The notes under the pieces were generated by a model. It saw only the letters and a list, made by a program, of their open reading frames with translations. It had not been told where the DNA came from and did not search any database. From an uncultured Armatimonadetes bacterium (GTDB taxonomy: Bacteria; Armatimonadota; UBA5829; DTJY01), in assembly GCA_963717145.1 (NCBI GenBank), contig OY970325.1, forward strand, positions 256,001 to 320,000: a stretch of DNA of 64,000 nucleotides, in the 5' to 3' direction. The position numbers were made by a program, and so were the translations under genes. Positions 1 to 9,556 of this stretch are shown here, in pieces. Each line of letters opens with the position of its first letter. Within the stretch, counting starts at the first letter, position 1.

Positions 1-1235
1 GTCGAGGACGAGCAGACCTCTGACGGCGATGAGCCGACAAAGGATGCGACGGTCCAGGGCTGTCTGCTGGGTCCGTGCAGAGCGCTTGCAGTGAAGTGCA
101 AGCTCTGCCAAGCCAGGCGGTGACGGACGCCCCTGTTGCCAAAGAGGCGATCCCTGTCGCTGTTGAGAGGGGCACGACCGAGGTCGGGCCGAATCCTGCG
201 CAGCCGATTGCGGTGGAACCACCCGCCAAGGCCGCGCCGACCGACGGTTCGTTGCCGGTCGAGGGCGAGCAGTCTGAAGCGCCTCTCGTGGAAGCCGCAG
301 CGGGGACCGATCCACAGGTCAAGGCCAACGAGTTGCCTGTTGTGCATGGCAAGACGGCGCAAGTCAGCGTCGAAGTGCCCGAGCAGGCATCGCAGGCAAT
401 CAAGCCCGCTGTCGAACAGCCTGAGCCCGAGTCGTCACTGCCCGGTCCGCAGGCCGATCAGCCTGAGGAGCGATACGTGCCCCGAGAGGTCACCGCCCGT
501 GGTCACGCAGAGAGCTCGGAACTGCCCGAGTACCTGAGGCGCATCGTCGCCCAGGATAACAACCGGTCTGTGAGCCGGTTCATCCCCGATCAGACGGCTC
601 AGAGTATCGGGCCGACTCTCGACATCGATCCTGAGTTGGCGGCGATGCCGGTCGAAGGCCCGGAGCAGCGCGAGATCAGCTCATCCCTGCCCGAGGCAGA
701 GAGCCGCATCCAGTGGATGCCGATCGAGGCTCGTCCGATGGCCGTGAACGCCGGGGATCCCGTCGAAGTCATGACGCCGAGCCGGCCGATCGATCAGGTG
801 GATCGGACCAACGTCATTCACCAGATCGTTCGAACCGCGAAGGTCCACATCTTCGACGGTGGCGGCGAGATGGTCATGCGGCTGGAGCCGGCACACCTCG
901 GCTCGATCCGGATGAGCGTGACGGTGGATCACGGAGTCGTCGCGGCGAACCTGCGCGTCGGGTCCGAATCGGTCAGGCAGGCGCTCGAGTCCGGGATCGT
1001 GACTCTTCGTCAGTCGCTGGCCGATTCCGGCATCCACGTGGACTCGATCTCGGTCTCCGTGGGAGATAGCCTGAATCACGGCTGGAACTTGCATGCCGGG
1101 AGCCAGAACGACTCTCAGCAGGCCGACGGCCGTCAAAATGGCTATCCGACTGCTCGACTGTCCCGTGATGACGCGGTCCTGATGGATCAGCCGAGTCCGG
1201 CACACATCAGCGCCGGGTTCAACTACCTGGCGTAG
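1..1235 (+). CDS. fliK: Flagellar hook-length control protein, 5'-partial, probable frameshift near 55-75
   Basis: Pro/Glu/Ala-rich N-part, then FliK C-domain (MRLEPAHLGSIRMSVTV...LRQSLADSGI), directly upstream of flgD. Frame 1 from base 1 (VEDEQTSDGDEP...) appears to join the 75..1235 frame. Confidence 0.85.
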
Positions 1236-1247
1236 GAGGTGAATCGA

Positions 1248-1667
1248 ATGATCACTGAAGCGAGTTCGGCGACCGGGGTTAGCGTCGCCGGCACTCAGTT
1301 AGCACAGACTAACCAGATGGGCCAGGATACGTTCCTCAAGCTGCTGGTAACGCAGTTGAGGAACCAGGATCCTCTAAAGCCCATGGAAGACAAGGAGTTC
1401 ATCGCTCAGATGGCTCAGTTCTCGAGCCTCGAGCAGATGCAGAACATGAACAAGAACCTGCAGGCCTTCACCCAGGGCTTCCTGGACAGCGAATCCGGAT
1501 ATCGGGCCGTGAGCCTGATCGGGCGCACGATAACGGCCATCGATCCGGGCGACGCCGACAAGTCCGTCCAGGGTAAGGTCGAATACGTGCGGTTCGATGG
1601 TGGAATCGCGCTTCTGCGGGTCGGCGACAAGGACATCCCTGTTGCCAATGTCATGAAAGTCGAGTAG
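1248..1667 (+). CDS. flgD: Flagellar hook capping protein
   Basis: FLKLLVTQLRNQDPLKPM...FIAQMAQFSSLEQM motif; AGGAGG RBS. Confidence 0.95.
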   Translation: MITEASSATGVSVAGTQLAQTNQMGQDTFLKLLVTQLRNQDPLKPMEDKEFIAQMAQFSSLEQMQNMNKNLQAFTQGFLDSESGYRAVSLIGRTITAIDPGDADKSVQGKVEYVRFDGGIALLRVGDKDIPVANVMKVE

Positions 1668-1673
1668 AGCGAT

Positions 1674-2054
1674 ATGGCGCCACGGATCAACCCGACAATC
1701 CAGGTACAGCGTCCATCGGCTGAGCAGGCGATTCGGCCTCGACCGGTAGGGAAACAGGGCAGTTTTGCTGCGACCCTGGCGAAAGAGAACGAGCGCCTAG
1801 ACTCGCTGAAGATCTCAGCGCACGCCGAGAAGCGGCTGAACTCGTCGAACATCCGGCTCTCGGAGTCCGACGTCCGACGGATCGACGGTGCAGTTCAGCG
1901 CGCCGGTGAGAAGGGGTCGAACCAGTCGCTCATCATGCTCGACAACCTGGCGCTGGTAGTGAGCGTCAAGAACCGCGTCGTCATCACAGCGGTTGATGAT
2001 GCTCGTACCCGCGAAGGGGTCTTCACCAACATCGATAGCGTCGTGATCGCATAG
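1674..2054 (+). CDS. TIGR02530-family flagellar operon protein
   Basis: SAHAEKRL...LVVSVKNRVVITAVD...VFTNIDSVVI; typical position between flgD and flgE. Confidence 0.85.
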   Translation: MAPRINPTIQVQRPSAEQAIRPRPVGKQGSFAATLAKENERLDSLKISAHAEKRLNSSNIRLSESDVRRIDGAVQRAGEKGSNQSLIMLDNLALVVSVKNRVVITAVDDARTREGVFTNIDSVVIA

Positions 2055-2128
2055 TTCTCAGTCCTCAGTTTTCAGTTGTCAGTGGGCAGATCAATCACTG
2101 ATAACTGACCACTGATAGCTGATAACTA
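2053..2128. repeat. Inverted array of ~7-nt tandem repeats (CAGT-type)
   Basis: TCAGTCC-TCAGTTT-TCAGTTG-TCAGT followed by ACTGATA-ACTGACC-ACTGATA-GCTGATA. Confidence 0.75.
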
Positions 2129-2135
2129 CTTTCCC

Positions 2136-2187
2136 GGGCTGGACCTCATCTGAGGAAGCCCAGTGCCGATCGTTACCCGATCGGCAC
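2136..2187 (+). promoter_or_regulatory. Candidate structured RNA leader of flgE (two hairpins)
   Basis: GGGCT-GGA-CCTC(ATCT)GAGG-A-AGCCC and GTGCCGATCG-TTACC-CGATCGGCAC, ending ~30 nt before the flgE start. Confidence 0.45.
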
Positions 2188-2217
2188 AAAACAGAAGAAT
2201 CAGGAGGTCAATCAGAG

Positions 2218-3465
2218 ATGATTCAAGCTATGTACAACGGCGTCTCAGGCCTGAGGGCTCATAAGACGCAGATGGATGTAATCAGTAACAACATCGCCAA
2301 CGTCAATACCGTTGGCTTCAAGAGCAGCAGGGTGAACTTCCGTGAGATGTTCAACCAGACCCTTCGAGGCGCATCGGCCCCGAAGGATTCCGGGCTCGGC
2401 GGAACTAACCCCGCGCAGATCGGCCTCGGCGCAAGCATCGGCAGCATCGACGTGAGCCAGAGTCAGGGCTCATTGCAGCCCACAGGTAAGAACACCGACA
2501 TGGCCATCGAGGGCAACGGCTTCTTCATCCTCGGTGACGGCCAGGCGAAGTTCTACAGCCGTGACGGATCGTTTACACTCGATTCGGCGGGCAACCTGGT
2601 CTCCGCCGGCACAGGCCTGAAGGTGCTCGGATGGATGGCAGATGCCGTCGGCGACGTGCATTCGACAGCACCGGTAACGCCTTCATCGGCCATCAGTCTG
2701 CCGATAGGGCAGATGTCCATCGCAAAGCAGACGTCGATGCTTACTCTCGGAGGGAACCTCGATTCCAGCATGGCAGTAGGCTCCTCGAAGAGCGTCACGG
2801 CGGAGATCTATGACTCCCTCGGCAAAGCTCATACGTTGGCGATCGAGTTCACCAAGGAGGCCGCCGATGGCGAGTGGAGCTGGGAGGCAACCTCTCCCGA
2901 TGCGGCGGTCGGCGTTCCTGTCGGCAGCGGCCTGATAAACTTCGACTCTTCAGGCGGGTGCGTAACAGGCTTGGATTGGGTAGCGCTCACTCTCGCGAGC
3001 CCTAATGGCGCGGTCAATCCGCTGGGTGCGCAACTCGACTTCCACTCGGTCACACAGCTATCGGGCTACACGACGGTCAGCCCGACGCACCAGAACGGAC
3101 TGCCGCTCGGGATGCTCGACAGCTTCACAGTGGGCAAGGACGGCATCGTCTCCGGCGTGTTTACTAACGGAATGAGCCAGACCATCGGCCAGATCGCGCT
3201 GGCTCAGTTCAGCAACCCGGCCGGTATGAGCAAGGTAGGTAACAACCTGCTCAACGAGTCCGGCAACTCCGGACTGCCGCAGATCGGCGAGCCGTCGCTC
3301 GGCAGCATGGGGAAGGTCGTCGCGGGATTCCTCGAATCCTCGAACGTCGACCTGCCGACGGAGTTTGCGAACATGATAGTGTCGCAGCGCGGTTTCCAGG
3401 CGAACTCGCGCATCATTACAACAGCCGACGAGATCCTGCAGGAACTCGTCCAGTTGAAGCGCTAG
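2218..3465 (+). CDS. flgE: Flagellar hook protein
   Basis: SNNIANVNTVGFK N-motif; LESSNVDL...QRGFQANSR C-motif; 415 aa. Confidence 0.97.
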   Translation: MIQAMYNGVSGLRAHKTQMDVISNNIANVNTVGFKSSRVNFREMFNQTLRGASAPKDSGLGGTNPAQIGLGASIGSIDVSQSQGSLQPTGKNTDMAIEGNGFFILGDGQAKFYSRDGSFTLDSAGNLVSAGTGLKVLGWMADAVGDVHSTAPVTPSSAISLPIGQMSIAKQTSMLTLGGNLDSSMAVGSSKSVTAEIYDSLGKAHTLAIEFTKEAADGEWSWEATSPDAAVGVPVGSGLINFDSSGGCVTGLDWVALTLASPNGAVNPLGAQLDFHSVTQLSGYTTVSPTHQNGLPLGMLDSFTVGKDGIVSGVFTNGMSQTIGQIALAQFSNPAGMSKVGNNLLNESGNSGLPQIGEPSLGSMGKVVAGFLESSNVDLPTEFANMIVSQRGFQANSRIITTADEILQELVQLKR

Positions 3466-3481
3466 GAAGCAGATGGTTAAT

Positions 3482-4553
3482 TGTCAAGTCCCACCACGTT
3501 GTGAACGGTAGTTCAGTAAGTCGGTAGGCTCTTTGATAAACAGATCTGGTCTTTGCGCGTACCAATCGCAGACCTTCTCATAGGGTGTCTTGCCACCGAT
3601 CGCGCTGTGCTGTCTCCTTAGATTGTAGATGGTCAGCCACTGGTGGAGTCCATCTATCAACTCCGGATATCCAGGATATCTGTGCATCTTGTACGTGCCC
3701 TCCTGGATCAGTCCGTTCATGCGTTCCACCAGACCGTTGGTCTTTGGTGTATACGGCCGGGTGAGCCTGTGTTCAATACCACAGGCTGAGCATACTTCAT
3801 CAAAGAAGTGAGGTCTCTTCGCCGGACTGCCCCAACGGCTCCAATTGGCCAGAGTGAACTCTCTACCGTTGTCTGTCAGGATCTTGTGGATCATGAACGG
3901 ATAGAACCACATGCACAGTCCAAGGAAGCCCACTGCGGATTCCTTGGTTAGGTTGTCGTACACCTGGAGGAAGGCTAGCCTTGTTGCTCTGTCTACCGCA
4001 ACGAAGCAATACTTCCTCTTGCCCCCGATCTTGGGCAGGTAGAAACAGTCTATGTGAAGGTATCCAGGCAGATACTCTTTGAACTTGCCTGGACTTTCTC
4101 TCTTTTCTTTTTGGTACTGGGGGAGTCTGCTCACCCCTTTTCTGCTCAGTAAGCGATGTATACTGGCGCGTTCTGCATTCGGCAGAACTGTGACTACTGC
4201 ACGCACCAGTGCATCGAGTGCTAGACCTTTGTCCCGGAGCGAGAGGATGATCTCCTCCTCTTCGGGGCTGAATGCATAATGGATCTTCCTGGGCCGACTG
4301 CTGCGGTCTTGCTGGTCACCCCGGGCCTTCCATTTGCAGACTGTTGCCGGCGATACATGGCAGATATCTGCGAGCTTTCTGCAGCTCTTGGGACTCTGCC
4401 TGAAAAACCGCCGTTGCTTCATATTGCTGGTTGCGTTAGAATGGATCTGCATGCGAGTGGTCTCCTTTTTTGGTTTGGCGATCATCAAAGAGACTACCGC
4501 ATGCACCTCCTTCTTTTCAACCCACGGTGTTCATAATGTCATGAGACTGGACA
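3482..4553 (-). mobile_element. IS481-family insertion sequence, 1072 bp, apparently intact
   Basis: TGT...ACA ends; 25-bp IRs (3482-3506, 4529-4553; 19/25 match); 6-bp direct repeat GTTAAT at 3476-3481 and 4554-4559; lower GC than flanks. Confidence 0.93.
3484..4452 (-). CDS. IS481-family DDE transposase (rve core)
   Basis: MQIHSNAT start after AAGGAG; HTH; HID, LTDNGREF and TPKTNGLVERMN catalytic motifs. Confidence 0.93.
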   Translation of the reverse strand: MQIHSNATSNMKQRRFFRQSPKSCRKLADICHVSPATVCKWKARGDQQDRSSRPRKIHYAFSPEEEEIILSLRDKGLALDALVRAVVTVLPNAERASIHRLLSRKGVSRLPQYQKEKRESPGKFKEYLPGYLHIDCFYLPKIGGKRKYCFVAVDRATRLAFLQVYDNLTKESAVGFLGLCMWFYPFMIHKILTDNGREFTLANWSRWGSPAKRPHFFDEVCSACGIEHRLTRPYTPKTNGLVERMNGLIQEGTYKMHRYPGYPELIDGLHQWLTIYNLRRQHSAIGGKTPYEKVCDWYAQRPDLFIKEPTDLLNYRSQRGGT

Positions 4554-4633
4554 GTTAATGGTTGATGGTTGATGGTGAATGGCGGAGAGCATGCCGCTCC
4601 GCCATAAACCATCAACCATCTCCCATGAACCAT
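4554..4633. repeat. Inverted heptamer array (ATGGTTG)n/(CAACCAT)n, interrupted by the IS; left remnant 3471-3481
   Basis: GTTAATGGTTGATGGTTGATGGTGAATGG...CCATAAACCATCAACCATCTCCCAT. Confidence 0.8.
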
Positions 4634-4653
4634 TCCTCAGGAGGCAGGATAGT

Positions 4654-4842
4654 ATGATAAAGCTGCAGTTGATCAACGGAGATGAGATCGTGCTGAACTC
4701 CGATCTCATAGAGTTTATGGAACAGACGCCTGACACGATCATATCACTCTCGAACGGCAAGAAGATGATCGTCAAGGAGTCCGTTCCCGAGGTTGTGGAG
4801 AGAGTCGTCGAGTTCCGCCGACAGATCGGCATCGGAAGGTAA
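4654..4842 (+). CDS. flbD: Flagellar FlbD/SwrD family protein
   Basis: MIKLQLINGDEIVLNSDLIEFMEQTPDTIISLSNGKK; upstream of motA. Confidence 0.9.
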   Translation: MIKLQLINGDEIVLNSDLIEFMEQTPDTIISLSNGKKMIVKESVPEVVERVVEFRRQIGIGR

Positions 4843-4850
4843 TCGAGATC

Positions 4851-5635
4851 ATGGATCTTGCAACAATAATCGGCTTGCTCGTCGCCTGGGGTGCGATCAT
4901 GATCGCCCTGATGATGGACGGAGGTCACATCAAGGACCTGCTGATCCCATCCGCATTCGTGATTGTGGTCGGGGGAACCTGGGCGCCACGATAGTGTCAT
5001 TCCCGCTTCGGCAACTCCGGGGGCTTCCGGCGATCATCCGGAATGCGTTCCTCAGCACTGAGACGGACCTGAGGGACATCATCGACCTGCTGGTCGATTT
5101 CGCACGTGTCGCCAGGAAGCAGGGAATCCTCGAACTCGAGGCGGCCGCATCGGGAATAGATAACAAGTTCCTGCGAACGGGAGTCCAGCTCGTCGTCGAC
5201 GGTGTACCTTCGGAGATGGTGCGTGAGATCCTCGAAACCGAGATTGTCTCCCTGCAGGAGCGGCACAAGATCGGTGAGAGCATTTTCTCCACGATGGGGG
5301 GTTTTGCCCCAACTCTGGGGATTATCGGAACAGTCATGGGTCTGATCCACATGCTCGCTAGCCTCGATCAACCGGGCAGGATGGGGCCCGCGATCGCGTC
5401 TGCGTTCGTCGCGACCCTGTACGGCGTGGCGCTGGCGAATCTGGTCTTCCTGCCGATCAGCTCGAAGCTCAAGTCACGAACTGCGGAGGAGATCATCGCC
5501 TACGACATGATGGTCGAGGGCGTCCTCTCGATCCAGGCCGGCGACAGCCCCAGGATGGTGGAAGCCAAAATGCTGGCGTTCCTTCCTCCCAAGCTGCGCC
5601 AGACGTTCGACTATCAGGCGGTTGTCAAGGGGTAA
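4851..5635 (+). CDS. motA: Flagellar motor stator A; single-base frameshift ~4978
   Basis: MDLATIIGLL...IVVGGT from 4851 joins LGATIVSFP...APTLGIIGTVMGLI...ATLYG if one C is restored in ACC(C)TG. Confidence 0.9.
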
Positions 5636-6386
5636 CATTGTGCGTCGCCGGAGAACAACCGATCAGGAAACGGAAGGACGGCCCCAGGATGGAGGAGGAT
5701 CGTACCGCTGGCTGTTGACGTATGCGGATATGATCACCCTTCTGATGGCCTTCTTCATTCTCATGTACTCGATGTCGGTGCTCAATCTGAGCCGGTTCCA
5801 GGAGGTCGCCATCTCCATCAAGAGCGGGTTCGGCGGCATCATGGATGGTCGCGGCCAGTCGGTACTGGCGGACAGTGGCCGTCTCGGCAAGAACCTGGTC
5901 GCGGCGGGGGACCCGGAAGTGCCATGGCAGGTGGTGGCGAAGATACAGGAATTCGTGCAGGAAGAGCACCTCGAGAAGGCGGTCAAGATGCGGATGGACG
6001 AGCGTGGACTGATCGTCAGCCTGGTGACAGACAAGGTGATCTTCAAGCGCGGTGAGGCCGATCTCTCGCCCGCAACGATCAGGATCATCGATCGAATAGC
6101 CGATACTCTCAGGAGTGTGCCAAACAACATCCAGGTCGAGGGCCACACGTGCGATCTGCCGATCGCATCTCGCTACCCGTCGAACTGGGAGCTTTCGACC
6201 GCCCGCGCATCGACCGTCGTGCGGTACATGATCGAAGAGAAGAAGATCCCTCCGGAGCGGCTGTCGGCCTCCGGATATGCGGACAGCAAGCCGCTCGTTA
6301 CCAACACGAGCGAGAACAACCGCGCCATCAATCGGCGTGTAGATATCGTTGTGCTGAAGACCGAGCAATCAAAGAGCGAGAGGTGA
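5622..6386 (+). CDS. motB: Flagellar motor stator B
   Basis: WLLTYADMITLLMAFF; OmpA-like domain (EGHT...SNWELSTARA...NRRVDI). Confidence 0.96.
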   Translation: MSRGNIVRRRRTTDQETEGRPQDGGGSYRWLLTYADMITLLMAFFILMYSMSVLNLSRFQEVAISIKSGFGGIMDGRGQSVLADSGRLGKNLVAAGDPEVPWQVVAKIQEFVQEEHLEKAVKMRMDERGLIVSLVTDKVIFKRGEADLSPATIRIIDRIADTLRSVPNNIQVEGHTCDLPIASRYPSNWELSTARASTVVRYMIEEKKIPPERLSASGYADSKPLVTNTSENNRAINRRVDIVVLKTEQSKSER

Positions 6387-6391
6387 TTCAT

Positions 6392-6859
6392 ATGAGAATC
6401 TTGCGCGATACATCCGGCAGACTGCCGATCGTGATCATCATCGTGGCCGTGCTTGTCCTGGCACTGGGGGCGGGCGCATTTGCCTTCCTGAAGATGTCCC
6501 ACAAGGGCAAGTCGCCCGAGAAGAAGGAGCACGTCAAGACGGCGCAATGGGAACTGGGCGAGTTCCTCGTCAACCTGGCCGATCCGGGCGATCCCCGGTA
6601 CCTCAAGGTCAACCTGGTCGTCGAGATCGAGGACGGCGGCAAGAAGAAGGCCGGCGGACACGGCGAGGGTGCGGGGGATCCTGAGGAAGCCAAGGCCAAA
6701 GATGCCGTCATCTGCGCGTTGTCCAAGCACCGGATGAACGATCTGCTGACCGACCAGGGCAAGGACCTGCTTAAGTCCGAACTGAAATCCGCACTTACGG
6801 AAGCGCTGGAAGAGACCAAGGTCGTCAGCGTCTACTTCACCTCCTTCGCGATGCAATAA
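6392..6859 (+). CDS. fliL: Flagellar basal body-associated protein
   Basis: N-terminal TM, EFLVNLAD...RYLKV, ends VYFTSFAMQ. Confidence 0.93.
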   Translation: MRILRDTSGRLPIVIIIVAVLVLALGAGAFAFLKMSHKGKSPEKKEHVKTAQWELGEFLVNLADPGDPRYLKVNLVVEIEDGGKKKAGGHGEGAGDPEEAKAKDAVICALSKHRMNDLLTDQGKDLLKSELKSALTEALEETKVVSVYFTSFAMQ

Positions 6860-6861
6860 TC

Positions 6862-6976
6862 CCCGGAGACCCTCACCCCCGACCCCTCTCCCTCAGAAGG
6901 GCGAGGGGAGTGGTTCTCCGGACTTGTCTCCCCTCGCCCTTCTGAGGGAGAGGGGTCGGGGGTGAGGGTGTCCGGG
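6862..6976. repeat. Long palindrome of the CCCTCACCCC...CCCTCTCCC/GGGAGAGGG type
   Basis: ~42-bp perfect inverted arms spanning 6869-6969. Confidence 0.85.
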
Positions 6977-6977
6977 C

Positions 6978-6994
6978 TTGGCACGGGAATTGCT
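6978..6994 (+). promoter_or_regulatory. Sigma-54 (-24/-12) promoter upstream of fliN
   Basis: TTGGCAC-GGGAA-TTGCT matches TGGCAC-N5-TTGC. Confidence 0.75.
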
Positions 6995-7031
6995 GCAGTG
7001 ATCTCAGTACTCTGTAGAGGAGATCACGAAC

Positions 7032-7478
7032 ATGAGCAAGAATGAACCCGTTAGCCAGATCGAAGAGCAGATCGAGGCGGTCGCAGACCAGCTGGTCGAG
7101 ACACCTGCAGCCGAGCCCGAGGTCGAACTGCAGGTCGTAAACGGCGAGCAGAGGAGCGGAAGCTCCGTGCAGACCGCGCGTTTCGCTCCTGTACCGAACT
7201 TCCAGTCATCCACGGAGCAGGGATCGATCGACCTATTGTTCGATGTCCAGCTCCACCTCAGCGTCGAACTTGGGCGTACCTCAATCCCCGTCCGGGAGAT
7301 CCTGCAACTTGGACCCGGCTCGATAGTCGAGCTGGACAAGCTGGCGGGTGAGCCGGTCGATATCCTGGTCAACGGCAAGCTGATCGCCCGTGGTGAGGTC
7401 GTCGTGGTCGACGAGAACTTCGGCGTTCGAGTTACCGAAGTCGCAAGCCACACAGATGCGCTCAGCCAGGCGGCGTAG
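7032..7478 (+). CDS. fliN: Flagellar motor switch protein FliN
   Basis: [15 protein letters not shown]...[37 protein letters not shown]. Confidence 0.95.
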   Translation: MSKNEPVSQIEEQIEAVADQLVETPAAEPEVELQVVNGEQRSGSSVQTARFAPVPNFQSSTEQGSIDLLFDVQLHLSVELGRTSIPVREILQLGPGSIVELDKLAGEPVDILVNGKLIARGEVVVVDENFGVRVTEVASHTDALSQAA

Positions 7479-7484
7479 CAGGGG

Positions 7485-8360
7485 ATGACGAGCATGAGAC
7501 CACTTTTCCCCACAATCTGCGCTGTCGTCCTGCTGGCAATCCTGGGCTGCCTGCCTCTGTCCGCCGAATCGACCGATCCGGACGTCCAGGCTGCGCGTGC
7601 CGCCGAGCGCTCGGAATCAGTCAGGCTCGAGCAGAAACTCGACACGTCCACGCAGTCGCTCAACCTGAGCGTGACTGAGTCCCCGAAGCCCGTGGGCACT
7701 AAGGCGGCGACCAAGGACACAGACACTGACAAGGCGGCGGTCGTCCCCAAGGTTACCCATCGCAGTTCCCCGAAGCGCCCGATGCCGTCCGTCTCGACCG
7801 TCTTGCCCGACAAGTCGGAGAAGCCGGACACCGCCACGATGCCGGTGCGCGGCGATCGTCCCGACAAGGTCGCTCTGATGATGGGCGCCGACCAGCCGAA
7901 GCAGGCAGATCAGAAGCAGCCCGGCACATTCGGCACGATCCTGTTGACAATCCTCAAGCTCGCGTTGGTCCTGGTCCTGGCCTATCTGACCATCATGGGC
8001 TTGAAGTGGTTCTCGGCGAGGCATGACATCACTCCGTCCAACCACCGCCAGTTCAAGATGATGGACACGCTCCGGTTCAACAACACGAGCAGTCTGCACC
8101 TGGTGGAGGTGAAGGGCACGACCCTCCTTCTCGGATGCACGTCCGGACAGGTCAACGTCCTCAAGGAGTTCGACGAGGCCGCACTTGCGGATAGCGAGTC
8201 GGAGCCTGCGGGGAAGTTCGCGGAATACCTGGCGAAGTACTCGGATATGTCCCAGAAGCATGGGCCTTCCGGACGAATAGCAGGCCTTCTGCGCGATTGC
8301 AGCGGGTATCTGCGCGACCGGTGTCAGGGTGCACGGACAGGAGTGCATGATGAGAAATAG
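7485..8360 (+). CDS. fliO: FliO-family export chaperone with long N-terminal extension
   Basis: Signal peptide, TM helix, [15 protein letters not shown] motif; between fliN and fliP. Confidence 0.8.
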   Translation: MTSMRPLFPTICAVVLLAILGCLPLSAESTDPDVQAARAAERSESVRLEQKLDTSTQSLNLSVTESPKPVGTKAATKDTDTDKAAVVPKVTHRSSPKRPMPSVSTVLPDKSEKPDTATMPVRGDRPDKVALMMGADQPKQADQKQPGTFGTILLTILKLALVLVLAYLTIMGLKWFSARHDITPSNHRQFKMMDTLRFNNTSSLHLVEVKGTTLLLGCTSGQVNVLKEFDEAALADSESEPAGKFAEYLAKYSDMSQKHGPSGRIAGLLRDCSGYLRDRCQGARTGVHDEK

Positions 8361-9093
8361 AACGCTCGCAGTCATATCGCTCCTTGCCGGTCTGGGTGCC
8401 TCGGCCTCAGCCCAGGGGATCATGCCTAAGCTCAACATCGGCGTCGAGGCTGCCAAGGGCCCGCAGGATGTATCGGTTAGTCTACAGATTCTGCTGATTC
8501 TTACACTGCTGTCACTGGCGCCGGCGCTGTTGATCACGCTGACCTCATTCACGCGAATCGTCATCGTGCTCTCGTTCACTCGGGGCGCACTCGGCACTCA
8601 GCAGACGCCGCCGAACTCCGTGCTTATCGGACTGGCGCTCTTCCTCACGTTTTTCACGATGGCGCCGATCTGCAGTCAGATCAACCAAACCGCACTGCAG
8701 CCCTATGTGCACAAGGAGATCGCATTCGACCAGGCGCTCGACAGGGCGTCGCAGCCGGTCCGCGAGTTCATGTTCTCACAGGTTCGAGAGAAAGATCTTG
8801 CACTGTTCGTCGGGCTCTCGAAGATGGACCGCCCGACGTCCGAGGCCGACGTGCCGACATACGTGTTGATCCCATCGTTCCTGATCAGCGAACTGCGGAC
8901 GGCGTTCAGCATCGGCTTCCTGATCTTTATACCATTCCTGATAATTGACATGGTGATCGCGGTGACCCTGATGTCGATGGGCATGATGATGCTCCCGCCG
9001 GTCGTGATCTCGCTGCCGTTCAAGATTCTGCTGTTCGTGCTGGTTGACGGGTGGCATCTGATCGTGCAGTCTCTGGCCCTCAGTTTCCGGTAG
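8347..9093 (+). CDS. fliP: Flagellar export gate protein FliP
   Basis: [11 protein letters not shown]...[22 protein letters not shown]...LVDGW. Confidence 0.97.
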   Translation: MMRNRTLAVISLLAGLGASASAQGIMPKLNIGVEAAKGPQDVSVSLQILLILTLLSLAPALLITLTSFTRIVIVLSFTRGALGTQQTPPNSVLIGLALFLTFFTMAPICSQINQTALQPYVHKEIAFDQALDRASQPVREFMFSQVREKDLALFVGLSKMDRPTSEADVPTYVLIPSFLISELRTAFSIGFLIFIPFLIIDMVIAVTLMSMGMMMLPPVVISLPFKILLFVLVDGWHLIVQSLALSFR

Positions 9094-9253
9094 TAGGGGC
9101 GAGAGCATTTGCCCTTCGAATAGATCGTGCTTTGGGATCGAGGCGCAAATGCTTCGCCCGGAACTTGCCCATGTGTGCGGTGTAGGGGCGAGAGCATTTG
9201 CCCTTCGAATAGATCGTGCTTTCGGACCGAGGCGCAAATGCTTCGCCCGGAAC
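9093..9253. repeat. Two tandem 72-bp GTAG-type palindromic units (REP family E)
   Basis: GTAGGGGCGAGAGCATTTGC...GCAAATGCTTCGCCCGGAAC at 9093-9164 and 9182-9253, 2 differences. Confidence 0.9.
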
Positions 9254-9286
9254 GAGCATGAGTATGAGTAGGAGTAGGAGGCAGAC

Positions 9287-9556
9287 ATGACCGATGTAAC
9301 CGTTATCGAGATAGCACAGAAGTCGATGGTCCTGGCGATCACGATATGCGCGCCGGTACTCGGATTCGGCCTCGCGGTCGGCCTGGCTGTCAGCATCTTC
9401 CAGGCGGCGACGCAGATCCACGAGATGACGCTCACGTTCATCCCGAAGATCCTGGCCGTTGCGGTTGCAATTGCCATCTTCGGCCAGTGGATGCTCACGC
9501 AGACCGTCTCGTTCACCACCGAGTTACTTCAGAACATCCCGACTCTGGTGAAGTAA
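9287..9556 (+). CDS. fliQ: Flagellar export protein FliQ
   Basis: SIFQAATQIHEMTLTFIPK. Confidence 0.97.
   Translation: MTDVTVIEIAQKSMVLAITICAPVLGFGLAVGLAVSIFQAATQIHEMTLTFIPKILAVAVAIAIFGQWMLTQTVSFTTELLQNIPTLVK

Noticed and set aside
4970-4985. Programmed ribosomal frameshift in motA
   Set aside because: No slippery heptamer or stimulatory structure; similar indels are scattered through unrelated genes
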